Assembly (NCBI GenBank): GCA_964016885.1
Contig: CAXHJY010001028.1
Coordinates: 22,330 to 86,329 of the forward strand
Length of the DNA stretch: 64,000 nucleotides
Source of the DNA: Eledone cirrhosa
Lineage: Eukaryota
Direction: 5' to 3'
Position 1 is the first letter of the stretch. Each line of letters opens with the position of its first letter. Of the stretch, positions 13,566 to 27,476 are shown piece by piece. The notes beneath the pieces were generated by a model. The model was not told where the DNA came from. It ran no database searches and worked only from the letters and a program-made list of their open reading frames with translations. Made by a program: the position numbers and the translations under genes.

Positions 13566-14713
13566 ATATGTATGTATATGTGTATGTGTATGTATATGTA
13601 TATGTATGCGTATTAATTTTGATTTCTATTTGCATATAATTATATTATGCTATTGATGAAATACAATATCTGTTTTATGTATTGTATACCTAATTAACAT
13701 ATACTAATTAACGTATACTATTGAAATAAATATATAATTTTTAATTTAGTTAACATATAATTTATATGCTACTACCGATGTAATACTTTATTTTATTTTT
13801 ATTTGGGTTTCTTTTCCCTATTACTAAATTCATCTCCTAATATTGATACCATAACGTTATTAACTTTAATTTAGTTATAATGTAATTAATAATCTACTAC
13901 TGTTTGACTTCAAAATTCTGCTTCAAATATTATAAACCTAACTAATTTACACCTTAGAAATCAATATGTTGACTATCTTTGGTTTAGTTAACATATGATT
14001 AATGGTATACTTATTTATTTTGAGATGCATAGATTTCGTATTTCCTAGCACTGAAAATATGTAAGAACATACATTGAATTAAGATACGGAAAATATTATA
14101 TGTTTCTTGAAACATATATTTACTTTGATCCCCTTCTCCAAACCCCCCCTTTCCCCCATACTATTATCATCTGTATTTGTAAGCGTCTATGTATGAATAT
14201 ATATGTAGGTAGGTGTCTATATAGGTTTGGGTATTTATATCTAAATATAAAAATACATATATGAGCATGCAAATATGAATGTAAGATTGTGTGTGTATAT
14301 ATGATTGTACATACATATGTATGTATATATATGTATATATATGCATTATATATGTATGTGTATGTGAATGTGTTGTATGTATATGTGTATGTATGTGTAT
14401 ATATGTGTATGTATGTGTATGCTTGTATATATAGGAATATATATATGTGTATATATGTATGTATATGTATATGCGTGTATGTATGTATGTGTATGTGTGT
14501 TGTGTATATATATGTATGTCTCTCTATTTATATATTTATCTTCGTATCTATGTGATATATGTGTGTGTGTGTGCACGTATGCATATGTATGTGTTTGTGT
14601 GTGTTTGTATGTGTGTGTGTATATGTGTGTATGTGCGCACACACACATACACATATATATATATATATGTGAGTGTGTATGTGTGTCTGTGTGTGTGTGT
14701 GTGTGTGTATGTG

Positions 14714-14751
<38 letters not shown>

Positions 14752-14868
14752 GATATATATATATATATATATATATAGGTGTCTATGTGTGAATATATGT
14801 CTTTATTCGTATGTGTGTATTTATGTATGTATATATTTATGTGTATGTATGTATGTGTATGTATGTAT

Positions 14869-14900
<32 letters not shown>

Positions 14901-15064
14901 GTATATATATATATGTATATTATTCTTTATTATTATAATATAACTTATGTGTATATGTGTATAAGTGAGGTTGTGTATGTATATATAATATGTGTATATA
15001 TAAGAGTAATAAAATATATATGTATATGTGTATGTGCATGTCTGTTTTTTATGTGTGTGTGTAT

Positions 15065-15098
<34 letters not shown>

Positions 15099-15235
15099 AT
15101 ACGTGTGTGTGTATGGATATATATATATATATATACATGTGGGTGTTTGTATGTGTATTTATGGTGGTATGAGTGTGTGGATATATATGTTTATGTATAT
15201 ATATATATATATATATGTATGAGTCTATGTGTGTG

Positions 15236-15271
<36 letters not shown>

Positions 15272-15594
15272 TATGTGTATATATATGTGTGTATATATAT
15301 ATATATGTGTATGTATGTGTGTATATATATATATCTCTATTAATGCGTGTGTGTATGTATATACATATGCCTTTTTATTATTATTTTTAGTTGTATGTCT
15401 GAGTTTGGTGAGGTTGTATTGTTTTTTATGTATATACACATATATTGAAGCGTATGTATTTATATATATGAGTATAAGTAGGTGCATATGTATGTATGAT
15501 TATATATCTAATTCTATGTATGAAGGTACATCTATATATATATATATACGTGTGTATGTAAGTTGTGTGTGTATGTATCTATATGTCTATGTGA

Positions 15595-15634
<40 letters not shown>

Positions 15635-15723
15635 CGATGTGCGTATATGTATGTACATGTATGTACATGTATGTGTGTATGTATGTGTTTGTATATTTAG
15701 ATGTATGTGTATGTATATGTATG

Positions 15724-15780
<57 letters not shown>

Positions 15781-16614
15781 ATATATATATATATGGATAT
15801 ATATCTTTATTATCTATTTTTTATATATATGTGTATGTGTGTATGTGTTGCGCGTGTGTGTGTGTATATATATATCTTTTTATATGTGTATGTGTATGTT
15901 CGTGTAAGTGTATGTGTGTGTATGACTGTATATGTATGTGTGTATGTGTGTATGCGTAAATATCTCTATGTGCGCGTACATGTATGTATGTGTATATATA
16001 TCTGTATGTGTATGTATATTATATTATATTTATTATATTTTATTGTTTTATTTTTTTTTATTTTTTTTTTTTTTTTTTTCTTAATTTATAGATACATTTA
16101 TATTAGGCAGTCTGCTCAGACAATTGAATACTGACCCCTCCCCCCCCTCCCACCTAATTTCTGTATCTTGATCTTGAAATGTGTGTGCCAGTGTTTTATG
16201 TGAGTGACTTAATTTCTATGTGCTTATGATTTTATATCCACATATATAAATGTGAGTGGGGGAGTGTGTGTGTTTGTATGTTCGTGGTTATGTGTATATT
16301 TATGCATATACGCGCATGTATGTGTGATTATACTGATATGTGTGAGTATGAAAAAATATATTTATATGCTTGACTCCATAAGTATCAATGCGCATCTTAT
16401 CAGCGCATTAAGCTTACAGAGATATTAACCTTGAAATTTTGTGTTTGCATCCATCTTTTTAGTATGCGTATACAAATTATACACACATTTTTGTAAAATA
16501 TGTGTAAGGATTTTACATGTATATACACACACCGAACTGCTTTTAACCCTTTGTGTTTTCATTGGTCAATTTTGAACTGATATTTTGAATTGTTGTTATT
16601 ATCAATAAATATAC

Positions 16615-16769
16615 TTCATTATTTCTGAAGACGGCGTATATATGTGTTAGGTATGTATATTTAATCTTGATAATTTGTATAATTTTGTATAATTTTGTAC
16701 ATAGATCTGTTGAATATGCATACCAATTATAACACATATATACCCTAGAAACGATCGTTAAATAATGAA
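16615..16769 (+). ncRNA. Type I hammerhead ribozyme of the PLE, with about 115-nt stem II
   Basis: Stem I ttcattattt (16615-24) / aaataatgaa (16760-69); CUGAAGA 16625-31; long stem II (gtatatatgtgtta/taacacatatatac and ggtatgtatatttaa/ttgaatatgcatacc); GAAA 16748-51; palindromic stem III cgatcg; GUU cleavage triplet ending at 16759. Confidence 0.85.
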
Positions 16770-16814
16770 CTTTTTTTGTTTAATATAAGGAATTGTTTAT
16801 TCATTATTTGTTTA

Positions 16815-16889
<75 letters not shown>

Positions 16890-16914
16890 GCATATAGGTA
16901 AGTTATTTGAACTT

Positions 16915-17010
16915 CATCTATTAGCTTGGTTGATCTCACTTGGGGATCCAAGTGGATTATTTGGAGGCGGTAGCTTCTAGCAACACCGATTGGAAGGCGT
17001 GTCTGGAACC
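16915..17010 (+). mobile_element. RTE-like LINE 3' remnant
   Basis: LGIQVDYLEAVASSNTDW resembles the end of the RTE piece at 51225-51282. Confidence 0.35.
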
Positions 17011-17218
17011 ATGCGTCAGTACTGAAGTTGATTCTTCTTCTATATCTCATTCTCAATCCTTCTCTGAAACAAAATCTGCTGTATTCAGACTTGGAAAGGA
17101 GATGGCTCCGCTAGGTTGTTAAAAAAGTGCCCTAGCTATGCCGTAAGTCCATGCGGCGTCCCTACAACTCCCTCAGCAGTTACAGCAGTCATGTCGAACA
17201 GTCCCTCAGCAGTTACAG

Positions 17219-17397
17219 CAGTCATGTCAAACAGCGGCCCTTTACGAGCACACCTGCGGCCCGCACAAAGGTTTTTACAGCGCGAACATGTTTTATCTTC
17301 GTAATATAAAATAGAAAAAAATTAGTTGTAATGTGTGGCCCTCAGACAACACGTATGTGGCCCTAGGGGGGGGGGGGACCTCAGTTTGACATGCCTG
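17219..17397. mobile_element. hAT-like MITE
   Basis: TIR cagtcatgtcaaac / gtttgacatgcctg; a related end in inverted orientation at 19293-19370; no clean TSD. Confidence 0.6.
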
Positions 17398-17646
17398 CTC
17401 TAGACTTTTTAACTTTGATTTTGAAAGTAGGTTTATAATTATCAATTCTCTCTATACTTTTGTAGCTGTCTCGGTGGCCTAGTTGGAGGAATCATAGACG
17501 GTGGTGATCCTGTCCTGACGTTCGAACCTAGTAGTGAATAGAATTCCCAGTAAACCTTTTCAATTTTTTCCTATTGGTTATAAAATAAAAACTGAAAAAG
17601 GTTACATGTACCTCTTGACCAGGATTGAACCTGAGACCAGGATCTC

Positions 17647-18042
17647 CACGTGGCAAGTGTGTGCAGTTTTGTGCGTACGTGCAACCGATGCCTTGAAAAG
17701 GCGTGAGGGTGTTTCGACGTCTACAATTGCGCCTCTTGACGACACTGACTCTAACATATCTGATAAGACAAGCGGACAAGTCTCAACGAAGCTGATAACG
17801 ATTGCATGTTGTATAGTGGTGGTGTTTGGGGATGGCGGAGCGGGTGGGAAATGGTGGTGATGATACACACACACACACACGCACATATACACACACACAC
17901 ACACACATATACATATATATATAAGTTAATCCCGGGTTCAATCGGGGGTAACTACAGTAAGTAAGTAAGGTACTCAATCATCAGAGCTTAATGATGATTT
18001 CTCCCGAATGAAACACTTCTAGTCCCGTAGAAGCCATTTCTC

Positions 18043-18090
<48 letters not shown>

Positions 18091-18244
18091 GATAACAAGT
18101 TATCGTTATAGGTAATCCAGTTAGAGTACCCCGCGTCGTGGATGGTTTTAACGAACTCTAGACACACCTGATCAACGAAACAATTGTTAGTACTTTAAAT
18201 AAAGCCCTTATTGTACAGCCAACCATGTTACTCTTCTTTCTTTA

Positions 18245-18314
<70 letters not shown>

Positions 18315-18442
18315 GAGAAATGGCTTCTACAGGACTAGAAGTGTTTCATTCGGGAGAAATCATCATTAAGCTCTGATGATTGAGTACCTTACTTACTTAC
18401 TGTAGTTACCCCGATTGAACCCGGGATTAACTTATATATATA

Positions 18443-18483
<41 letters not shown>

Positions 18484-18703
18484 GTATCATCACCACCATT
18501 TCCCACCCGCTCCGCCATCCCCAAACACCACCACTATACAACATGCAATCGTTATCAGCTTCGTTGAGACTTGTCCGCTTGTCTTATCAGATATGTTAGA
18601 GTCAGTGTCGTCAAGAGGCGCAATTGTAGACGTCGAAACACCCTCACGCCGTTTCAAGGCATCGGTTGCACGTACGCACAAAACTGCACACACTTGCCAC
18701 GTG
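17647..18703. repeat. About 400-bp inverted duplication with a 260-bp spacer
   Basis: 17647-18047 is the near-exact reverse complement of 18310-18703. Confidence 0.9.
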
Positions 18704-18725
18704 CAAAGTCTGGTTGGTGTGTGTA

Positions 18726-18798
<73 letters not shown>

Positions 18799-18868
18799 TA
18801 TAATGTATAAATAAATAAATAAATAAATATCTATCTACACATGTATATATATATATATTTATTTATAC

Positions 18869-18975
<107 letters not shown>

Positions 18976-19533
18976 AGGGAAGAAGAGAAAGATTGAGAGA
19001 GATTCAGACGCGAACGTTCAAGTTGACACAGACTTTCAGAGATACGAAGAAATGTGTGGGAAAGGAGACTTTGAAGGGAACAGTGGTGCGGTTCCTGTCG
19101 TGAAACCAGCCCCATGTCTGTAACAGTGACATTGTTATATAGAACGTTGTGTGAGGTTCGCTCACAAGCTATGAAGACGGTCAAAGTATTTATATACGTA
19201 TGTAACAATAGCAGTTTGTATATAATAAATTAACTTCAAAATTACTTGTTAATATAATTACAAATTTAGAATGTATGTATGGACCTGTAACTCAGGCATG
19301 TCAAACTGAGGATCCCCAGTGGTCACATGGGTCACGTGTTGTCTGAGGGTCACACACGACAACTAATTGTGCACATTACAACTTATTGCAGAAAAATGTC
19401 TTACTTACAGAGAGAGAGGAGGGTAGAAATGTGGTACAACAGAAATGGAACTATTCACACTGCTTTGTATGAATATTGAGTGCTAATTTTGGTATACCGC
19501 CTATGGAAGCACCATAGCTACCATTATACACAC

Positions 19534-19568
<35 letters not shown>

Positions 19569-20511
19569 TATGCAAATAAGTATATATATATATATGAAAG
19601 GGGAGGCTGGCAGGTAGTGAAGTGTAGAAGATGATGTGATAGAATACTGTCTTATCTTATCTGTTATAGAGAATCTTGCCACTGTTGTTGTTGTTGTTGT
19701 TACATGGAAGGGCAACCAGCTGAGTGGTGGGAACTTAGGTTGTAATGGTAAACTAGGAGATTTACTCATACAGACTTTTATACTTATTACACACATATAT
19801 ATATATATATACATACACACACACATATATATATATACAGATACACACATATATACACACACACATATATATATATATATATACATACACACATATATAT
19901 ATATATATATACATGCACACATACACATACACACACATATATATATACACATGCACACATATATATACATGCACACATACACACACACACATATATATAT
20001 ATATACTGTATATATATACACATGCAAACATATACACATACACACACTCACATAGTCTTTTGTACACATACACATGTATACACATACACATGTACACATA
20101 CACACACACATATATACAGAGGTTTTTGTACTGGTTACACATGTCAACATACACACATTCACTCATAGTTTTTTTGTATTTGTTACACACTCCCATACTA
20201 ATATATATGGACACACACACACACACCTACCCACTTACATAGTGTGTGTGTGTGTATGTATGTGTGTGTATGTGTGTGTGTAGATATATTCGTGAGAAAT
20301 GTTTACAAAAGTATCCGAATATATCAACAATACTGTTAACGCACCAATGATTAATATACACACATACACACACACACCCATACACACAAACGCACACACA
20401 CATATCTATATACATACATTATGTATATCAATTCCCACACCAATATATATATGCATACATATACACATATACGTATGTGTGAGTGTATGAGAGAGAGTCT
20501 TTGTGTGTGTA

Positions 20512-20553
<42 letters not shown>

Positions 20554-20564
20554 TATACATATAC

Positions 20565-20679
<115 letters not shown>

Positions 20680-20812
20680 CACACATATATATACATATAT
20701 ATCCATATACATATATATATATATACATACATACATACATATATATATATACAGACATACATACATATATATATATATACAGACATACATACATATATAT
20801 ATATATATACAG

Positions 20813-20901
<89 letters not shown>

Positions 20902-21011
20902 CTAAGGATTAACCAAATTACAATTGTAAAGCTGTTACAAGACACGAGATACTGTCAAATATATATTTAAAAGTGTAATAAGTATGTCAGAAATAATATA
21001 TAAATATATAT

Positions 21012-21088
<77 letters not shown>

Positions 21089-21237
21089 TATATACATATA
21101 TATATGTATGTATGTATATAGATATATATATAGATATATGTATATATATATATTAAGATAAGCAGAACAAGTAAAATTCAATCAATTTTTCAAAATACAT
21201 TAAAAAATATAATATAAATATTTACCTCTTCTAGTGG

Positions 21238-21316
21238 CCCTTACTGATCAGTTTCGCTTTGTAAAACCTCATAAATCCGATGGATTTATGATGGAAAACC
21301 AAAGCTCATCAGAGAA
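21238..21316 (-). ncRNA. Type I hammerhead ribozyme in a TA-flanked element (about 21150-21480)
   Basis: Minus strand: ttct-CUGAUGA-gctttg...tcataaatcc atc ggatttatga...caaagc-GAAA-ctgatcag-UA-aggg. Canonical core, palindromic stem III, GUA site. Confidence 0.82.
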
Positions 21317-21503
21317 GCATTTTCCCTTCCTAGGGCTAAACGTCCCAGGAACGACAAAATATACAACCTCCTGCCAGCTAATAAAGGTCTGAAAGGTCGT
21401 AAAATTGACCCGTATGTAAACTGGACCGAAGTAAAAGCGGGAAAATCAAAGACTTGCTGTCTACAATTACTACTAAAAAAATATATATATATATGTATGT
21501 ATG

Positions 21504-21556
<53 letters not shown>

Positions 21557-21582
21557 GTATGTATGTATATCTATATATATTC

Positions 21583-22194
21583 ATGTCAGGTCACCAGTTG
21601 GTGCTACTGGTAACATGTATCCCAGTACAACCTGTCTCATGGTCGGGTTGTTGGCGACTAAACTGGCAACCCCACCAAGGTTTCTTGGTGAGGAGGGTGA
21701 TTTTGGACATCCTGCAGGACTAAAAACAAAACCTGTCAAAGGGCAAAGGAGCTCTTAAGAGTCAATGACCATCCAAAATCACCGGGAGAGATGACCCCTT
21801 AGCCTTTGTCAAGGCAGAATTCTAGGAGAAGGAAAACTCTGATATAACACCTGCAACCCTGATGGTATCCAATGATGTTGACTTGTTCTTCTTTTTGGTA
21901 AATATCATCTTGGTTAAGAGAGTGGGACTGGCTTTGTGCCGTGCCTTTGCTCACTATAAAAGCTTCACGGCACAGGCATTGCTTTATATCTGGAGATCTC
22001 TCTGCACTTGTCGTCACATGGTACCATGGGCCCAGCACTATGTGTCAATAATTGTTACAAGTGTAGTGTTTGTACCAGAGTTTTCAAGTCGCTGGCTGGA
22101 CTAAAAAGTCACACTCGTTCAGCGCATCGGTAGGGGTTCTCCTACATGGATATAAAGTAGTGGCCGTACTCGAAAACGAGTTGGCAGCCACCAT
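21583..22194 (+). mobile_element. About 610-bp non-coding interspersed repeat, copy 2
   Basis: Same ends (atgtcaggtcacc...ggcagccaccat) as 1312-1924. Confidence 0.85.
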
Positions 22195-22195
22195 A

Positions 22196-22257
<62 letters not shown>

Positions 22258-22289
22258 TGTATGTATGTCTGTATATATATAGATGTATG

Positions 22290-22339
<50 letters not shown>

Positions 22340-22343
<4 letters not shown>

Positions 22344-23045
22344 GGTTTCTACTTTAGATACAAGGCCTACAATTGGGGAGAGGGGGAAGTCGATTAAATC
22401 GACCTCAGCATGTTACTGGTACTTTATTTTATCGAACCCGTAAGGATGAAAAATAAAGCTAACCTCGGCAGAATTTGAAACCTGAACGTAAAGAGACATA
22501 ACTCTATGCTGCGAAGTATGTTGTCGGACACTCTACCGATTTCTCTCATTTTATCGCCCTAAAAATAATGGTTTCTGATTTAAGCACAAGGCCCCAATTT
22601 TTGTGGAGGGGGAAAAATCGATTAAATCGACTCCAGTGCATTACTGGTACCTTATTTGGCAGTATTGGTAGACGCCATGCTTTCCACCATAGTTACGCCC
22701 CTTTATCATCTGTGTTCAAATCCCGCCCAAGTTAACTTTGTCTTTCAATGTACTGGGTAATTGCTGGCCTTGTACCAAAAGTAGAAACAATTATTTTATT
22801 GACCGTGACTGGATGAAAGGCAAAGCTAACTTCGGCGACATTTGCAGAATCGGTAGAGCGCCGGGCAAAATGTTTTGTGGTATTTAGCACCAACTTTCTA
22901 CGTTCTGAGTTCAAATCCAACCGAGGTCGACTTTACCTTTCATTGTTGAGGGGTCGACAAATTAAAGTACCAGCTATGTAATGGGGTTGATTTCATCTAT
23001 TTTTTCCCAGCTCTTCAAATTGCAGGCCTTAAGCCTAAATTAGGG
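22340..23045. mobile_element. Cluster of decayed SINE copies in both orientations
   Basis: Repeated gagttcaaatcc..gaggtcgacttt.cctttcat..ggggtcga..aaagtaccag module. Same family at about 465-575, 30905-31005, 36490-36660, 43580-43632, 45350-45495 and 48170-48225. Confidence 0.75.
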
Positions 23046-23199
23046 GCCAGTAACGACATTCACCTCAGGACGGGAGGCTATTAAATTATTTCTAAGCTTT
23101 CACAAATGTAATTTTGGCGGTGACTGATTTTATTTTGCTTCTGTGTATAAATCTGTTTATACACATATATACATATATTTATATATATATACTACAGAT

Positions 23200-23277
<78 letters not shown>

Positions 23278-23367
23278 CATACATACATACATACATGTAT
23301 ATAAATATATATATATATATATATACATACATACATATATTTATATATATTATATACTACAGATGTA

Positions 23368-23420
<53 letters not shown>

Positions 23421-23905
23421 ATCATTCTTATCATCTCAGCGATAACGGTCTTCTCAGATTCTGAAAAGCATATCACCATGGTAACATTTTCAGATGTAAT
23501 AAAATATCAATTTCACTGTAATTGTAAGAAGGGGGAGGGGGTAAGTTTTACTTATTCTGTATTACACACGCACACACACACACACACATACATACACACA
23601 CACATATATATACATCTATATATAAATATTTACGTTTAGAATTTCAAATGAGAACCACAAAACACTCAATACATGTGTAGGAGAGTTTTGATTTAATTCC
23701 ATAAAGTCGAGGATTCTTTCTGTAACTATGAAAGGTTTCACGCAATCTGTGAAGCCAAGTCTTACAGCAAAGCTTCCTACGGAGAATCGAGCAACTAAGG
23801 AACGCACCATCGACCTTGTAATATTATATAAACTAATAAGACTTAGTGGACTTTCTATTTATGTATCCCAGTATTTATCTTGTTTATTCTCTCTCTATAT
23901 ATATA

Positions 23906-24082
23906 CTGTATATGCCGGCGTACAAGTCGATCCAGCGCATAGATCGACCACTAAAATTCTGAGGTGCAGTTTAGAGGAAGCAGCACGCATACTTCCACAT
24001 TTTATATTCGGCGGACAAGTCGACCCCTGGTTTTGGAGAGATATTTTTAGGCTCCAAATGTCGACTTGTACGCCGGCATATA

Positions 24083-24085
<3 letters not shown>
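23906..24085. mobile_element. Tc1/mariner-pogo-type MITE
   Basis: Perfect 23-bp TIRs gtatatgccggcgtacaagtcga (23908-30 / 24061-83) in a TA context. Confidence 0.8.
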
Positions 24086-24121
<36 letters not shown>

Positions 24122-24158
24122 GTACTCTGCTGGTATATATATCTATACTACAGATGTA

Positions 24159-24221
<63 letters not shown>

Positions 24222-24222
24222 C

Positions 24223-24267
<45 letters not shown>

Positions 24268-24305
24268 GTACTCTGCTGGTATATATATCTATACTACAGA
24301 TGTAG

Positions 24306-24411
<106 letters not shown>

Positions 24412-24855
24412 ACATATTACATCAATAAAAGTCTTCTCACTTTATTACAGAAAACTAAAGTTTTTCTACCCTTTAAACAACCAATTCCTTCAACGCTTAT
24501 TCTCCCCAAAGACTTCCTTCCAAGCATTCTTAAATATTTAGATTTCTGTGAAAACCATCAACCTGTCTCCCCTACTCTTGAAACTAGTATTCACTGGGGA
24601 CCGGCTTGTTTGTGTAACTTTTCATCAAACGTTGTGGAAACCACTCAATTGTACACAGAGCGTGTCTGTGTGTGTGTGTGTGCGCGCGCGCGCGTGTGTA
24701 TGGAGGGGGGGGGGGTATGTGTGTGTGTGTGCACGCGCATACATTGTTGTTTTCTAAGATTTGCTGTGTATCTATCTGTCTTACAGTTTCACTAAATACA
24801 TATGGTTATACACCGCACATAATATATATATATATATATATGGTGGTGCGTGATG

Positions 24856-24899
<44 letters not shown>

Positions 24900-25290
24900 G
24901 GGTGGTGGTGGTGGGTGATATATATATATATACGGTCACCTGATCTGACTTATATCACAACAGGACAACTCGTCTAACCCATACTAGCGTGGAAAAATGT
25001 ACGTTAAACGGTGTTGATGATGATGATGATGATGATGATGATGTGTATGTGTGTGTTTGTGAATAACCGACGCAACAAAATATATCAACAAGAGAAAGTA
25101 TAGTTCCCAATATCCCACGATTCCGTTGCTCATCCCCTACCCCACTCCACAGGGTGATATCACCCACTGATGGGTGATATCACCCTGGTTGGGAATCCCT
25201 GATTTAATCGGAATATACTCCGGTATGTTATTGCTTTGTATAAATATAATATATTAGAATGGATGCAGTAAAAACCTGTTAGACCATTAC

Positions 25291-25455
25291 TCACCAGAGT
25301 ACTTGATACTTGGGGTAGTAGAGTACGGTTATATGAAGAAGTCGGGACCCCGACGGCTGAGCTCCTGTCGTTTCAAAAGCTAGATCCGAACAGTTCGAAA
25401 CTAGCTGTTGAAACGGCAGGAGCTCAGCCGTCGGGGTCCCGACTCCTTCATATAA
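25291..25455. mobile_element. Family B fold-back copy
   Basis: Inverted arms 25329-25383 / 25401-25455, each with GAAA-c(g/a)gc aggagctca gccg-UC-ggggtc. Shares the caccagagtact...gtagtagagt flank with 28331-28572. Confidence 0.7.
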
Positions 25456-25796
25456 ATATTCTATAAATGTGTAGTAAGTCAAAAAAGGATATTCTTAAAG
25501 TCTGTTGGATGTACTTTGAGTTAAATATATTTTCACTACTGCAGCTCATGGGTCTTGCTTCAGTCTTAGTTATTATATCTGAAAGATAATAAAAAATGGT
25601 TAAAGATGTTTCGTAACAACTCTTGGAAGAACCACACAACAAATCCAGAACTTTCTGATGATTCTAGCAAAGATTACTGCAAGAAATTCTGGTAACTCAG
25701 CAAAGATGGCGATTGGCAAGTCACGAATAACACAACTACGGATAACTCGTGGGAAATAAAACTGGTAATAAAGAAGAAAGTACTATATATATGTAT

Positions 25797-25998
<202 letters not shown>

Positions 25999-26040
25999 GG
26001 AGGGTCATATTGTTGGAATAGTATTGCCAGAATTAATAAC

Positions 26041-26130
<90 letters not shown>

Positions 26131-26439
26131 ACATATATATTTGTATATAAGTGTGTGTGTAAATATATATGTGTGTGAGAGAGTGTGGAGAATGAAAAGA
26201 TTGTGAGAGAGGTAGAAGGAGTGGGAGAGAGAGAGAGAGGGGAGGGAGAGAGAGAGTGGGGGAGGGAGAGAGAGAGAGAGAGGGTGAAGGTTTAGAGATA
26301 AATGATCGTATTCTCAGAGAAGAGATAAAGATGGTTTCTGATGATGTTAAAGATAAAGTTCTTCATGTTTTGTACACTGTGACCCTTGCAGGGGTATACG
26401 GGGTATATATGGTGGAGGGCTGGGACTATGGAAGTATAT

Positions 26440-26613
26440 ATATATATATATGTGTGTGTGTATATGGGTGTGTCTGTATGTGGGTGTCGGTGTCTATGTG
26501 TGTGTGTATGTAGGTGTGTGTGTCTGTGTGTGTGTGTGCATATGTGTGTGTGTGTCTGTATGTGTGTGTGCGTCTGTATGTGAGTGCGTGTGTGGGTGTG
26601 TGTTTCTGTGTGT

Positions 26614-26647
<34 letters not shown>

Positions 26648-26802
26648 CTGTATGTGAGCGCGTGTGTATGTATGAGAGTGTGTGTGTGTGTGTGTCTGTA
26701 TGTGTGTGTGTGTGTGTGTGTGTGTCTGTATGTGTGTGTGTGTATGTGTGTGTGTCTGTATGTGTGTGTGTGTGTGTGTCTGTATGTGTGTGTGTGTGTG
26801 TC

Positions 26803-26833
<31 letters not shown>

Positions 26834-26834
26834 C

Positions 26835-26918
<84 letters not shown>

Positions 26919-26942
26919 TGTATGTGTGTGTGTGTGTGTGTC

Positions 26943-26980
<38 letters not shown>

Positions 26981-27004
26981 TGTATGTGTGTGTGTGTGTG
27001 TGTC

Positions 27005-27081
<77 letters not shown>

Positions 27082-27090
27082 CTGTATGTG
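26440..27090. repeat. (GT)n with periodic CTGTAT interruptions
   Basis: Direct inspection. Confidence 0.95.
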
Positions 27091-27402
27091 TAGTAGTGTT
27101 TGAAACTGTAGCAGACAAGATAGAGATCTAAGAATATGGATGTAACGAAAGTTGCCCTCTGGTATTACTTTAGGAGAGCGGTGGTGGTGGTGGTGATAGA
27201 ACACCACCACCACCACCACCACCACCAACATCACCTTACCAACACACCACCACTACCACCACCCACCACTACCATCACCAGCACCACCACTATTACAATA
27301 CTATATGTCAGTTTTATAACCTGTGATTTATAATAACACAGAGCCTACGTAGTAGAGTCTTATTTATGGCAGTTAATGGGCTTATAACTATATTATAGAT
27401 TA

Positions 27403-27475
<73 letters not shown>

Positions 27476-27476
<1 letters not shown>

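Larger units (their letters stand above)
10193..16823 (+). mobile_element. Apparently full-length Penelope-like retroelement with a 64-bp terminal direct repeat, inserted in (TA)n
   Basis: 10193-10256 and 16760-16823 are the same 64 nt (aaataatgaactttttttg...aatattttat). Both outer ends abut (TA)n. The interval contains the RT/GIY-YIG ORF and a hammerhead immediately before the 3' repeat. Confidence 0.85.

Noticed and set aside
17465-17535. tRNA-like A and B boxes (also 48315-48370 on the minus strand)
   Set aside because: No cloverleaf; more likely SINE heads than tRNA genes.
18160-18200. ctgatcaac-GAAA-caattg-UU hammerhead-like remnant
   Set aside because: The palindromic stem III is suggestive, but the core is wrong and there is no stem II or stem I.
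25645-25700. ctgatga...gaaa
   Set aside because: No compatible stems I and III.
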